Position numbers and translations under genes: made by a program. Shown in pieces: positions 49,236 to 61,535 of a stretch of 64,000 nt of DNA (position 1 is its first letter; each line of letters begins with the position of its first letter). The stretch comes from Moniliella sp. 'wahieum' (taxonomy: Eukaryota). The stretch is taken from NCBI GenBank assembly GCA_003971905.1, contig RSEE01000169.1, positions 1 through 64,000 on the forward strand, in the 5' to 3' direction. A model generated the notes under the pieces. That model searched no databases. It saw only the letters and a list, made by a program, of their open reading frames with translations, and was not told the DNA's origin.

Positions 49236-50876
49236 TCAGTTTCCCTCCAGGAGAGGTTCCCATTTGAGCAGCAACGTGGTCGCGCGTGGGTAAACTGGTA
49301 CTGCGCCTCCAAGTCGGCCGGAAGCGTGGTTTTAATAATCAACTTGAGCACCTTGTGGATCTTACTGTGCCGGATGCCCTGGACCGTGACATTGGGCAAC
49401 GACTCGAGAGTGGTAAGGTGCTGGTGTACACGGCGCATTGACTGGAATAGCATACCCACGTTACCACGCAGTAAGTCAGTTAGTAAACAAGTACAGTAAG
49501 TTAACGCCCACGGACCAGAAGAGCCCAAGCATGCGCAACATAGCAACAGAATAACGTACGTCTACCATATTCTCCTCGCGACCCAAAAACAGTTTCTGTA
49601 ACTCAAAACGCAACCGCCTCAGGAAACGATCGGAGCTGACCGCCGAACTTGATGTCGATGTCGTTGTCGTTGTCGTTGTAGTTGTCGTTGTCGTTGGCGC
49701 TGTCGTTGGCGCTGTCGTTGGCGCTGCCGTTGGCGTTGTTTTGTCGACTGTCCTACTAGTCATGTCGGCTGTCATGTCAGTCGTGTCCGGCTCGGGTCCG
49801 GCACGCGGGTCCGGCACAGGCACCGGATCCAACCGTGGCGACTTGGTGCTGGGCAAGGAACCGTCAATCGCGCCCTCTGTCGCAGCGGCTTGTTGGACCA
49901 CAGGAGGCTGCTTGGAAGGACGTCCACGCTTCCGCGGCGCAGGCTGGGACGAAGGCTCCAAACCCTGGTGGGTCACGGGCTGAAAGGGAACAAACCGAGC
50001 CACTTTCAGGAGGGCGGTCGCGCTTGCGCGGCACAGATGGAGACAAGGGGGGTGGGATGGGGGCCGTCTCTGGCTTTGGCTCTGCTGGCTCCGGCTGTGG
50101 CTTTGGCTCTGCGGGAGCGGCATCAGTAGCGACAGCAGTAGTAGCGAGCGGTTCCGGCCTGGGTGGCACAGGCACTGACGCGGACGAAGGCTTGGGTCCT
50201 GGGGCGGTCAAAGCTGTCTTGGCGGTCTTGGCGGTCTTGGGGCGTCCGGGAGGACGGGTACGTGCCTTGACGCGGCTGCTTAGCACCTGCTTGGCTTGCC
50301 TCACGCGTTCGTCGTGCTCCCGTGCCCACGCGATCGGGTCGGCCAGGACAATCTCGTACGCTTGGAGCAAGCCGGTGGGGGGCAGGCGGGGAGCGTGTTT
50401 CTTTTGGCGAGGAATTCAGCCGCGTCGGCAGTAGTCAGGGGGGTGAGTTCAGATGTGTGGAAGAACGCGCTGCGGGGGGAGAGGAGAAGATGGTGAGTGA
50501 CGCGTGGTGTGGAGAAAGGAGAATGGAGAGGGAAGGCAGGGGGACGTACTAGTCGGCATCGGGGATGAAGCGGACAATGTTGGCCTTGGTGGCGTTGTGG
50601 CGACGTTGGCGAACGGCCATTACGTCGGATGGGACCTGGTCGGGTCGACGACCTGCAGGGCGCCAGCCAAGAGAATCGGTTAGCTCGGCCAGGGTGGGCC
50701 ACGCGAGGGAGGACATGTGCATACCATGGCGGGCCAGGGGCGGTATCCGCGCAGCTGCGCAAGCACGAGCGTGTCGCGTTCGCTGCGGAGCGTCGGCCAG
50801 GAGACGCGCAGAGGGTCAGCCAGTGTGCCGACGGAGAAGAGAAGAGGCAAACGTACAAGCGAGGCGATGCGTCCAT
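49236..50876 (-). CDS. PWWP-domain chromatin protein with a C-terminal TFIIS-N-like helical domain (Pdp3/Ioc4-like); about 4 introns
   Basis: VLAQLRGYRPWPAM|VVDPTQVP..IVRFIPDAD..FFHTSELTPL..LLQAYEI, an AT-hook-like RKRGRP, RRLRFELQKLFL and IRHSKIHKVLKLI..ATTLLLKWE. Confidence 0.8.
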
Positions 50877-51463
50877 GGTGGGTCAACGCGCAGTAACAAG
50901 TCGAGACGTCAGCGGCCAGCACACCCAATCCCACCCCCGCCCCTACCACTCAAGTCCTCTTTAATCCACGCTGTTCGCGGCGCGTCGGCTGCTTACGTAC
51001 GCCGTTGCTGGCGTCCCTCGGAGGCTCCGCACTAATAAAGACGTCGAATCCCGTCGTTGGCGTTGGACATGCTGAGCAATCAATCCCGCCCAGCACCACC
51101 AAGTCCCCGCGTCCACCCCATCGACCATCCTTCCCTCCTGCCATCTATCTCCACCGCGCATAGTATGCTCGGCGTCTTGCCCTTCGTACCATGCAAGCTG
51201 GTCATGATGCCAACCTCAGCATACAATTTTAGGACAGGCGCCTCCCCGGCCGTAGGCCTGCCAGTCTCCAACAGAAGAGCGTAGGCACAGCAGGCAGGTG
51301 ATCGAAGAGACCGCTGCCGCAACATACATCATCGGAGCAGCTGTTTCGCCCCACCAAGGTCCAGTCGGGCACAGCACAGTAGCAGCGCTGGGGACGAGAC
51401 CGAGGACCGAAACACCGCATGATCGATGACGAGGGAAGGACCTGCTGGTCCCAACCAGGCCAC

Positions 51464-51860
51464 TTAGATGTTCAGCTTGGTCCGGCGCCAGTTGCGGCGG
51501 AACTTATTGTACTGGATCTTGTTGTCCGTCTTCATGCGGAACCACTGGGGGATCGGGCTGGCAAAAAGCGAAAAAAAATCGGTCACAGGTTAGTTAGGAT
51601 TCCAAAGTCAACGGGGAAAAGACAATTGGAGTGCCGGCCGGCGCAGAGTCTGGCCTCGCACCTCGAACTCCCATCGCATCGCCCGACACGGCGTGCGGGA
51701 CGGCAAGGCACAAGGAATGCAAGCACCAGGATGTCTGCGTCCAGGAGAAAGAGGAACGCGGGAATGAGAGGGAGGAAAGGAGGGATCGATCTACGTACCG
51801 GTTCTTCCGGCCGGCCTTAGCCAGGGTGGACTTGGTCCGGAACGTCTTGTGGGAAGGCAT
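51464..51860 (-). CDS. RPL39: 60S ribosomal protein L39 (eL39); CDS intron 51558-51798 and 5'UTR intron 51866-51974
   Basis: [51 protein letters not shown], with canonical GTACGT..CTAAC..CAG and GTGAGT..CTGAC..CAG introns. Confidence 0.98.
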
Positions 51861-52520
51861 GGTCGCTGCACAGAAGGGGAATACGAGTCAGTAAACACAG
51901 CGTTCCAAGGAAGGCCCGTAGCCATGCACAAGGCCATGCACAGCAACGCCACCGTCCGGGCAGCATCCACTCACCTGGTCTCGCAAAGTTCAGGGCTGGC
52001 AGAACCAAAGACGAGTTGCGTCGCCGCTAGCGTCGATGGGCTGGCGCAAGGCAGGGCGGTAGGGTTGGACTGGCCATAACCCTACTAGTGCGATTGCGGA
52101 GCTGCCGCAGCTTTTTTCAGCCCCCGTGGGGCTGGAAGCTGGAGGCTGGTGGATGCATGAGGTGCCTGGATATGAAATGTTGAAGGCGGGATGGTAGGTA
52201 CCAGGTGGAAAAACCCCGCACGTGCCTGCTTGCAACGCGCTCGCTCGCCCCAGTCGGTTGCACCTAAGATCCAAGGACGGGCCATGGGCCATGCAACTCC
52301 GAGAGCCGTGCCACCGCCTCTACCCCACTCGACCGTAATGACGCCGTCGTCGATATGAGCCGGACGGACCAATTCCCTCCTTTGCTCTCTTGCGCATCGT
52401 TCTCACCAACCTCACATGCAGCCTGAGTCGGCGCCTACCTCATTACCATCATCCTCGTATGTGCATGCGATCGTTCTGCCTTTCCAGTTGGCACAAGTGC
52501 GATCCTTGCTTACAAGGACC

Positions 52521-53686
52521 TTACTCGGTCGTGAACACAATCTTCCTCACCTTGCGTTGGGAGAAGAGGTCGTAGTACGTCGCTGCCTCGTCCAGCGGGG
52601 CCACCTTCTCCACAAACGTGGCGAATCGGTCCACATTTTTGGCGAGAAGCGAAAGAGCCGGCTGGGAAAAAAGGTAAGGATGGGAATGGTTAGCAAGCGT
52701 CCTGTGGCTCTTAGATCTTATGTTGTAAGTCTCCTACTTACCTTGAACACGGAGCGGACGGGACAGCGGCCAAACTGAAGACGAATGTTCTTGTTGTACA
52801 GCGCTGGTCCGTTCAGGAGCACGTCTTGAGTAAAGATGCCGCAAGAGGCCACCGCGCCAAACGGACGAACCAGGTTGATGGCCGTGCGAAGGGCAGAAGG
52901 TGCACCCACCTTCCAACGCAGCATCCGCCCCGCGTCCCTCTGTCAATTCCAACACCCGCGTCTGGACCGACGTAGCATCCATATCCGCAGGCAACTGCAC
53001 CGTCTCGTCTGCGCCCATTGTACGTGCTTCCTTCAGTCGGTCAGGACCGAATCAATCGCAATCACATGCCCAAAAAACGATTTGGCAGCTAACACTGCGC
53101 ACAAGCCCACCGGTCCACACCCAACCACCACGGCCGTAGTGGGCTTGGAGCGCTCCACCTCGTTGAGCAAATTGTACGCATTGGATGCGACAAAGTAACC
53201 AGTCGGAACCACGTCGGCCATAAGTACCTGCAACGGCAATGGCACCACCGACTCGTCCAGGGCATGGTACAGCGTCGTAGCAGCCAATTCAACGCGCACG
53301 TACTCGGCCTGTGCACCAGCTAAGAGCGGCGTACCAAAACATTTTCCACCCTGCAGGCACCGCCCCGACTCGCCCCGCTCACAGTAAAAGCAAGTTCCAC
53401 ACGACGTAGTGAAGGGCGACAAGACTTGGTCACCAGGCTTGAACTGCGTCACCGCCGATCCCACTTCCACCACTGTGCCGGTAAATTCGTGGCCCATGAT
53501 GATCCCGACCTCAGGCACTTTCTGACCACCGTGGTAGTAGTGCATGTCGGACGCACACAGCGCCGTACGGGAAACTTTGACGATGGCATCGGTGGGGGCT
53601 TGGATGGTGGGCGTAGGTACCTGCTCGACCGACACTTTGTAGGGTGCGTGCAGCACGACGGCTTTCATCTGGGTCGGGAGTGCCAT
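52521..53686 (-). CDS. Zinc-dependent medium-chain alcohol dehydrogenase (formaldehyde dehydrogenase-like); one intron at about 52662-52741
   Basis: MKAVVLHAP, TALCASDMHYY, GHEFTG, structural Zn site CGTCFYCERGESGRC, GAQAEYVRV, ADVVPTGY, Rossmann GCGPVG, GRGADA, NKNIRLQFGRCPVRS, ending RKIVFTTE*. Confidence 0.95.
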
Positions 53687-54517
53687 GGCGCAAACAGAGA
53701 GGCGAAGGAGAGAGGGAGGGAGAAAGGGAGGGCGGGAAACAGAAAGGCGGGGGGATGGTGGCTCCCTTTTTTGGTGGGGGTTGGGGTGGGAAGAGATGGG
53801 ATGGCTGTGTAGGAGCGATGTGGGGCGACAGGCGACACGCATCATGCATCACTTAGTCACTCTGGGGCAGTCGGGCACAGGGACACAGGCGGAGAGGGTC
53901 GGAGAGGGTCCGTGCGCACCCGGCTCCTGCCTGGACCGAGGGGAGCGCTTGGGCTGGATGGCTTGGGAAGCACAGTGCGTATCCAACCAATACCGGCTGT
54001 GATGGGGCGCGTGGGCCGGTGGTCACACGTCACACCCACCGCCCATCGATCCAATCCCCCCACACGCCTTGGCGACGGGAGCGCATCCCGATTAGGTAAT
54101 GAATGTGACCAGCCGGGTTACAGGTCTTAGCGTGGACGAGCTCAGGAAAGGTGGAGGTGTGTGTGGTAGCTTGTTCATTCAGAGCATAGCAAAGCATCTC
54201 CTTTTTATACCCCAAAGAAAGAGGGTAAGCGAACGTATTGAAGATAAGGCAAGGCAGATTCGGGATTATGGAGGAGAAAAACGTGAGATAACGTGAGATA
54301 GGACGGAGGAGGAAGAACACAGCAGTACTATACACAAAAGAGCCTGAAATACTACAAGTTTTCTCGCACGTGGTAAAGTATTGTGTGATGACAGTGGAAC
54401 AGACAAACAAAGGCAAAGAGGAGGATAATCGATAACCCAAACGAGTGATGGATCCTTGTATGTACCTCTTCTTGAAGTTATTGATGGCTCCAGCAAAAAC
54501 GGCATCCACATCCCAAA

Positions 54518-54900
54518 ATGCGCGCGGATTATTATTGCACAATGCGAAATTGGCTCTGTTTTTTCCGAATGTCGAATGAGAAGACGAATCTCGTCAACTC
54601 AAAAGTCTATCTTGCCTCCAGCTACATGAGAGCGCAAAAATGGTGGACCTCCAGGCTGTGCTCACGTTTGGAAGCACCCAAGGACGGGACGTTTGATCCA
54701 TTTTGGGAAAACAACTGCACGGAAGAATTCTGCAAGAAATGGGCCACGACGCCAAAAAAAGGTCCAAGCTGAGCTTCGTAAAACTAACTACACACGGAAG
54801 AAGGACTATGAAGGTTATCATCTCATCACTAAGCAATCTCCAAGTGGACTCAAATGACAAACGTACACGAAACGTAAGCGGATGACGTTTGACGCCACAA
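54518..54900 (+). mobile_element. Decayed Ty3/gypsy-type retrotransposon gag fragment
   Basis: KVYLASSYM-RAQKWW..W..EEFCKK..VQAELRK(L) resembles the retrotransposon gag (capsid) pattern. It is broken by stops and indels and sits in lower-GC sequence. Confidence 0.5.
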
Positions 54901-57900
54901 GTCTCAAAAAATGGAAAGGCCATCTGTGTCGCCTTTGAAAGTTCCTTCCATGTGCGGAGGAGTGAGAGAGAGAAACGGAATTTCCTGTGGCCGTTTTTGC
55001 CCTACAAGTATATGGACATGACACTTCCTTGACGCGAAGTCGTCCTCATAGTCCTCGCATGCTGCGCCTGTACCTTCATATAGTATTCTCTGTCGGTACA
55101 AGTGAATACCGCATATGTGTTTCTTCTTCGTTCTGCCCTTCACCGGCCTGACCTGCATTTCTTTTTTCCTCATTTCTCACCCTGATTTGTGATTCTTTAC
55201 ATCGGTGGGAGGTGACTATGACTCGTCCACCTCGTGCCCTCGGCTTCCTCTCTGCCTACAACTTGGCCATCGCTGATGGAGACTGACTAAATGGAGTCCA
55301 CAGATCGGTGGGAGTGTCAGATTCATATATGCCGTGCCAGGGGATCCTTGGCCTAACCCCTTCACCCGCGTGGGAATTATAGCGTGATTCACGTACTGTA
55401 ACCACATCATTGACAAAGCTTATGGCTGAGAACAGCGGAGGCGAACTCGAACCGGCGAAAACATCGCACGTTAAACGGCCACCGGTCGCAACTCAATGCG
55501 TCTCAACTCAACGTACCTTAACGTACCCTTAACCCTCATCGACCTCTCTCATCGACTCAGCACTGGTACTCACAACGTTCAACGTGTTCAACGTCGTCCG
55601 CAGTAGGCCTCGTCCGGGCTTCCTCACTGTCACCTCCTGCACGAGAACTCACGCAACGTAGGTTAAATCAATGAAGGGATCAGTTTGACTGTACGCGGGA
55701 AGGAGAAGGGGAAACTGGTTATAGTACATCATATACGAAGGTATCCAGGTGGTAGAAAACCTTGAAGAAGAACTTGAATAGCTGTGTATTGTAAAAAGGG
55801 TGGGGGGTCTGAGACCCGGGTCACTTGAACCTTGAACAGCTTGAACGTGAGCGTTTTGAGCGCTGAGCGGATCAATGTGTTACATGTTTTTGTGATGTGA
55901 CATGTGATGCATGATGATCGAGATGATCAACACGTCGTTTCGGAAGCTTGAGACGCGTACAGTAGTGCGCGTATTAGCGCGTCAACGCGTCAACGTTCAA
56001 CGTTCAACGTTGCTGGCTGTATATGAGTACACTCAGGAGTATGAATATGGCGCCTGCGACATTGTGACTGTTACATGTGACGGTGGCAAAGTCATGAATC
56101 GAAGAACCGACGAACTTGTTGAACACGTTGAACGCACAAAAAAACTGCACGTCTGCTGTGCGGTGCCACCATTCCCAGCGTCGCTACGGAATAAAATCGA
56201 CGTGAATTGTTTACTGAAGACGCTGACATGTTCGCGAGCTTCACATTAGGGAACCGAAACCCTGGTTTTACGGGTCCCGCAGGGCTCTATCTGTCCGGAT
56301 TCGATACACCGACCCCCCTTCGGACCCCGCTGAGTACCGAGTAGTGACGGTGGGATTGCGGCATCTCATCGATCACCAGCGGAGACCTTCCCTGCCCATC
56401 GGAGACAATTAGACTCACTGAGAACTGAACGATGAGTTCCACAGATCCAAAGTCAAGGAACACTGGCGTGAATTTAGGAGGGCCGTGAGTAGTCCATTCC
56501 TAGTGGTCGGGCAGAGCCATGCAGCGTCCGGGAAGGAGACTGCGCGTTATAGGTTCCGGACGTGAAAGCGTGGAGCTTCAACGGGCGAAGGAGGCCTGCG
56601 AGCGAGCTGATTGAAAGGGAGGAAGATTATTTAGGGCCTAGAAGAAGGAGTAGGGGAAAGGGAGCCAAGAAGCAATAATAGCAACGATTATAATGATACC
56701 GGAGCGAAGGTGTGGCTGGCAAGGCGACTTCGTCGTTGCCCTACAGCCGTTACCACCTCCTAACAAGCTGGATCGGCATCAATATTTTTTGTGCCGGGTA
56801 CATATATGCTCTTGCTAAAGCTGCAATGTCCCCCCTATTCATCGCGCGCGCCCCTATGTTGAACACACACCAGGGACGTCAGATCTCAGAGATTTAGGTG
56901 AGGAAGTGGCAGTGGCAACGTACTTTTTTGGGATAGAGTGATGTTCTGTGGGCTTCTTCGGCTGGTGGTACAACGATATCATCTGAGGGTCTTGCGTTTT
57001 GTTTCTTGGAGCATTTTTTCTCGTCCGTAGTCGAGTAGTCCCAGTAGCAAACTATTTGGCCACCCATACCGAAAACTACAGCAGACTACTATAAACTACT
57101 GTCTATTAAAGCCCCCCTGCTCGTCACGTCCCATAATCTCAGTCACTGGCTCTGTCACATGCAGGGGCACCTTGTTCGAAGACGTGTCGCATCATTTTCC
57201 AGGTCACACACATGTCACATGTCATACGGCATACATTTGTTCTGGCGGGCTCGGGCCGTGTATTACAGAGTGCAGGTGATTTGCGTGGAGCTTGTGAACA
57301 GATGGACGCCGAACCTAGCTACCAAACAGGGTGCAACTTCCTCGTTCCCACGGTGTTCCCACGGTCAGTAACTGAATAATGCCAAGTGTAGTGCACTGCG
57401 CAGAACGTGTTTCCAACGCCCCGCAGTACCTCTTCTTCTTAGTGTGAAGAAAACGGGTGTGACGCGGCCAAAAAACTCTTCATGTGTAAAACAAGGAGAG
57501 AGCGATGAGGAAACCAAGTGAGCCTAATACTGTTATCGTCTGGTGTCCCATGTGCCTCTTCCCCCTTGGAAAATAACTATACCCGGCTATACTGCGTGTA
57601 CTCTATCGCATCGATCAGCATATCAACATGCGACTACATCTATAGGATTTTCCCGCTATTATACTACCAACCCCACATACCTTGTTCATACTGTGGACTC
57701 CGGCCATCGGCTGTCCCATGCCCCACGCTGTGTCGGCACGTCTGCACATCTCACCTCTCTTGGACTTCATAATAACCGTTTTCGGTTTGGGCAGGCGGGA
57801 TTGGACGCTGGACGTTGGACGAAGGTGTTGGAAAAAGAACTGTGTGTTGGGCCGGCAAACATGCATCCTCACAAACACGCCACGTCACTCGCGGTACGTG

Positions 57901-58803
57901 ATATGTGATACCAATTGTGCATGACAGTCTCGGACCTATGATGCTCACACATGCCATAATGGTAGCCATAGTGGATGGCATGCCACCTGCCGATCCCCCC
58001 CCTCTGGCATCTTCTGGGATCCATCCAGTGTCACATGTCACTAGTCGCTAGTCGCTAATCACTACATGTTCATTTGCCACACTTCACTCGCCACTAGTCA
58101 CTAGTCACTCGATGGGCGACGTGTCAAATGAACTTAGCTACAAGTATAGTAACTACTAGTAACTGCTAATGAATCAAACCGGCACAGGTTAAACCTCGTC
58201 GTCTTCGAGCGCGAGACACATGTTATGCACTCTCTGCGGCCCCGACCAACGTCCAACACTCACATGCATCACAACGACAGCAAGCACAAAAGAACCACAT
58301 CACAACTAATGTCACACGCATCACCTACTCCGACTTTTCAAAATCCGTACACACCGCTCACAACTCAGTATATACTCTGAGCGCTGAGCATGCGCGTACT
58401 CTCCCACTTCAAGCTTCACGCACCTTTTTTTGTAACGCTTGGAACGTTGAAAACGCACGTGTTGCAAGGACGCCGGCCGGCTATCCCCCCCCGCGTAAAG
58501 CGGGGTGACCGGTGAAAAGACACCTTCGTCGCTATATATACTTTGGCCGCTTTTATGCGTTACGGCTATTCACAGAAGGTAGTACCCAGTCCCGAGAGAA
58601 AGAGGTTTTGCAGGGAGGGAAAAGTCGGTGCACATTTAAGGGTGTCTACACCAAACCTCGCTATTACATGCTGAGAACATGAAAGGGGTGTATAGATGTG
58701 TGCCCCTGGTGTATAAACTTCCTCGAGGCGCATTTTTGGAGTGTTCTTTTCTATCGTGTGTGCTTCTCGTCTTCTCGTGACATGTGACAACTCTTCTGCT
58801 TAA

Positions 58804-59067
58804 TTGCTCAAGGCCATGGTGTCAACCAACCTCTCGTGGCCAAAGCGTCGCCTGCCTCCTCCTATTGTTCGAGAGAAGGGCCGACGTATACAATACAGTG
58901 CGTGTGAGGAGCCGTCGGTCATTGGTTATTACGGACACGTACAATACGTTTTCAAGCACAAAATCTCAAAAGCAACAAAACGAGCTTCACACACTCTCGT
59001 TCTTGTACTTCTTCTTGCCAAGATGCACACTGATGTGCTTATTGAAGGGCTTCTCGCCCCTCTGTAA
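58804..59067 (+). mobile_element. Possible DNA-transposon (CACTA/EnSpm-like) transposase relic
   Basis: IQYS..YYGHVQYVFKHKI..TLVLV resembles the YYG-x-V/I-x-x-x-F-x-H motif in C-terminal parts of such transposases. It is short and isolated. Confidence 0.3.
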
Positions 59068-60754
59068 TCCCGTGTATTTTTTGGTGCCTGTGTGTGTCAG
59101 TACTCATTACTTAGTAAATAGAAGCGCCGGGCCTTTGACAGAAGTACATATGTGTTGATCATGTTGATCGGCGAGCGCTCTAGGCTGATTAATTACTAGT
59201 GAAAAAAGCTGTTGAAGATCGAGAGATGAATGCATTATACGTTAGGCCTTTGGTCTCTCGATCGTTGATCTTGCCGATCGTGAGCACCAACCTATTGACA
59301 AGGCCTCCATCTTGTTTATTTGTCCCGCACAGATCTGCTTGGATCTGTTACTTCTGTCAGGTAGAATGGATGTGTTTAACATCTGCCCTATATCCTGCAT
59401 TCAATATTCGTATCCTTGGCGCCTTGGCACTGGCAATTACGGTATGCAGACACATCTCACATGTCACATGTCACATCTCAAGATCTCAAGCTTGAAGCTT
59501 GAAGCTTGACAGTCTCAGAGATCCCTAGCGTCGTTTAATGTTTAGTACTTAGTTGTTACCAGAGTTGGGACTACTTACGCAGCGTTACGCGTTACGCCTC
59601 TCTCGACAACATGAATTACGTGTTACGTGTTACGATCGTACCGGATGGGCGAGCTTCTGCGGTGTGCCGGACGTATATGCCTCGTGTGCCGAGCTCGAAA
59701 CTGTTTCGCGTTTCGTCCCAGTCCCTGGCACTTAGATCTATAAGCTTTTGCAACTGAGATGGATTCGACAGGTACCGCCGGTCCGTCCCGGCCATCTGGC
59801 ATGCAACACATGCACATCATTGATCACTCGATCACTGATCATCCATCCTGTTACAGTGCTCGTGACTAGTGCTAGTGATTGCCAGTGACTGTCACATGTC
59901 ACTGGGGAAAGTCGGGACAATGCTAGTGCCGGTGCAAGTGCTAGTGCTAGTGATTAGTGATGGATCAACAAAAGATCAAAAACCTTTTCTTGTGTTTCTA
60001 TTCCCGCAAAGCAACCCCAGGTTCCGATCAGCTGCTGAGCTCCGCCAGTCAAGCTACGTTTGGACGTTAGGTTGTGCGCAGTGGCGGTTCCTAGGTGCGA
60101 GGTATACTTACAGGAGGCTACATTCCAGTTGAGAAGGACGCAACGGTGATCATCTCACGGATCGATGATATGGTACTGCTTAGGCTAAGCGCTAAACCCC
60201 ACCATGAGTGCCTGTCTCGAGCCGTTCAATCTTATATGCGACGAGTTTTACACTACTTTCCTTCGTGCTACTCCATCTCAATGTGCTGGCTCGCTGCTTC
60301 GAGGCGCGAAGAAATGGTTCCGATTGCACGGCTCGTTGGAGGAGAGAGCAACATTCCGACCTCTTGTGTGCTTGAGCTCATGAGTGTCATGGCGTGCCTA
60401 CTTCAAGGTTATACACGTTTAACGTTTAACGCTTAACGACCAACGCTCAACCTTCAACGTTCAACATTAACTTCGGCCGGCGAATGTCGGCGACACAGAC
60501 CAGTTGTGGCCACACACCTACACTCAATAGATGACCTGCCCAACACAACAGCATGCCGCTGTCCAACCAAACACTTAGTTACTCAAAGAGGGGTATCCTA
60601 GGGTACCCTCCCGCCCTCTCTTCTCCTTCGCGACTGGGGTACCGTCGGTGATTGATGATTCTACAGAATCTTTGATCACCTCTTCTCTCAGATCTCACAT
60701 CGCATCGGCTCATATCGCTCTCTCTCTCCGTTCCTAGCCACGTGCGGAGGCACA

Positions 60755-60789
60755 TGAGTATTGAGTACTGAGTACTGAGTACTCATCGA
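60755..60789. repeat. Heptamer array (TGA-GTAC)n switching in phase to TCA-TCGA
   Basis: TGA-GTAT-TGA-GTAC-TGA-GTAC-TGA-GTAC-TCA-TCGA. Confidence 0.92.
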
Positions 60790-61535
60790 TCGATCATCAG
60801 CATACATGGGAGGGTACATGGCCTACCGTCACGCTCCCTTAACCATTATCGAGTATCGCAGAGAGAGCTATCATTTAGCAACTTAACAAACTGTGGGCCT
60901 GAGAGGCCTGAGATCTGAGACCTAGGGACCGGCACCGACAACCTTGGAGCTTGGCCGGACCAAAGAGACGGCAGTAGAGTACAGTAGAGCAACAATAGAG
61001 CGCACCACTAAAGCACAGCACTACAGCATTAGGGACCTGCAGATCACTTTGGAGCACTGTAGAGCACAGTGGAGCAACGTCGATCGAACAGATCAGCGGC
61101 ATATTATGCTTTCTGATATGGTACGAGCATCACATGCACTGTATAGCGTGCGGTCGGGGTTCCTATCTCATCAATCGTACCACCTTTTCTCTTCGTTTTG
61201 CCCTTCGTGTACCCTATACGTCGCCGCGCGCCGGGGTGTGTGAAGGACATGGGACGATGGTTGATTCACGAAGAACGCGTAACGAGGCAGTCGTGCTGCA
61301 ATTAAGGGGACAGGAAGACCCACCTACCAACAGAACGACAACATGTAATGTATTTGGAACAGAGGCACTCCCGCTCTCTGCCAGTGCTTTTCCTCCTCAT
61401 ATTGATTGATGCTTGTGTACCTCCCCCACCCCTCATATAAAACGGAGAGAGAGAGAGGCTTTCTATGGGATCCCCATCCCACTTGTCCCCCCTTCCACTC
61501 CTTTACACTCCAAGTGTCCCTCCCCAGGCCCCAAC

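Noticed and set aside
51558..51798. Relatively long RPL39 intron as a snoRNA host
   Set aside because: I could not find a convincing C box (RTGATGA) and D box (CTGA) pair or an H/ACA layout.
57298..57320. ACAGATGGACGCCGAACC as a retrotransposon primer-binding site
   Set aside because: Only a loose match to a tRNA 3' complement, with no paired LTR or adjacent gag-pol ORF.
57880..58041. Short minus-strand ORFs with GG/Cys content resembling a lipopeptide pheromone precursor
   Set aside because: None of the frames I read ends in a CAAX-stop.
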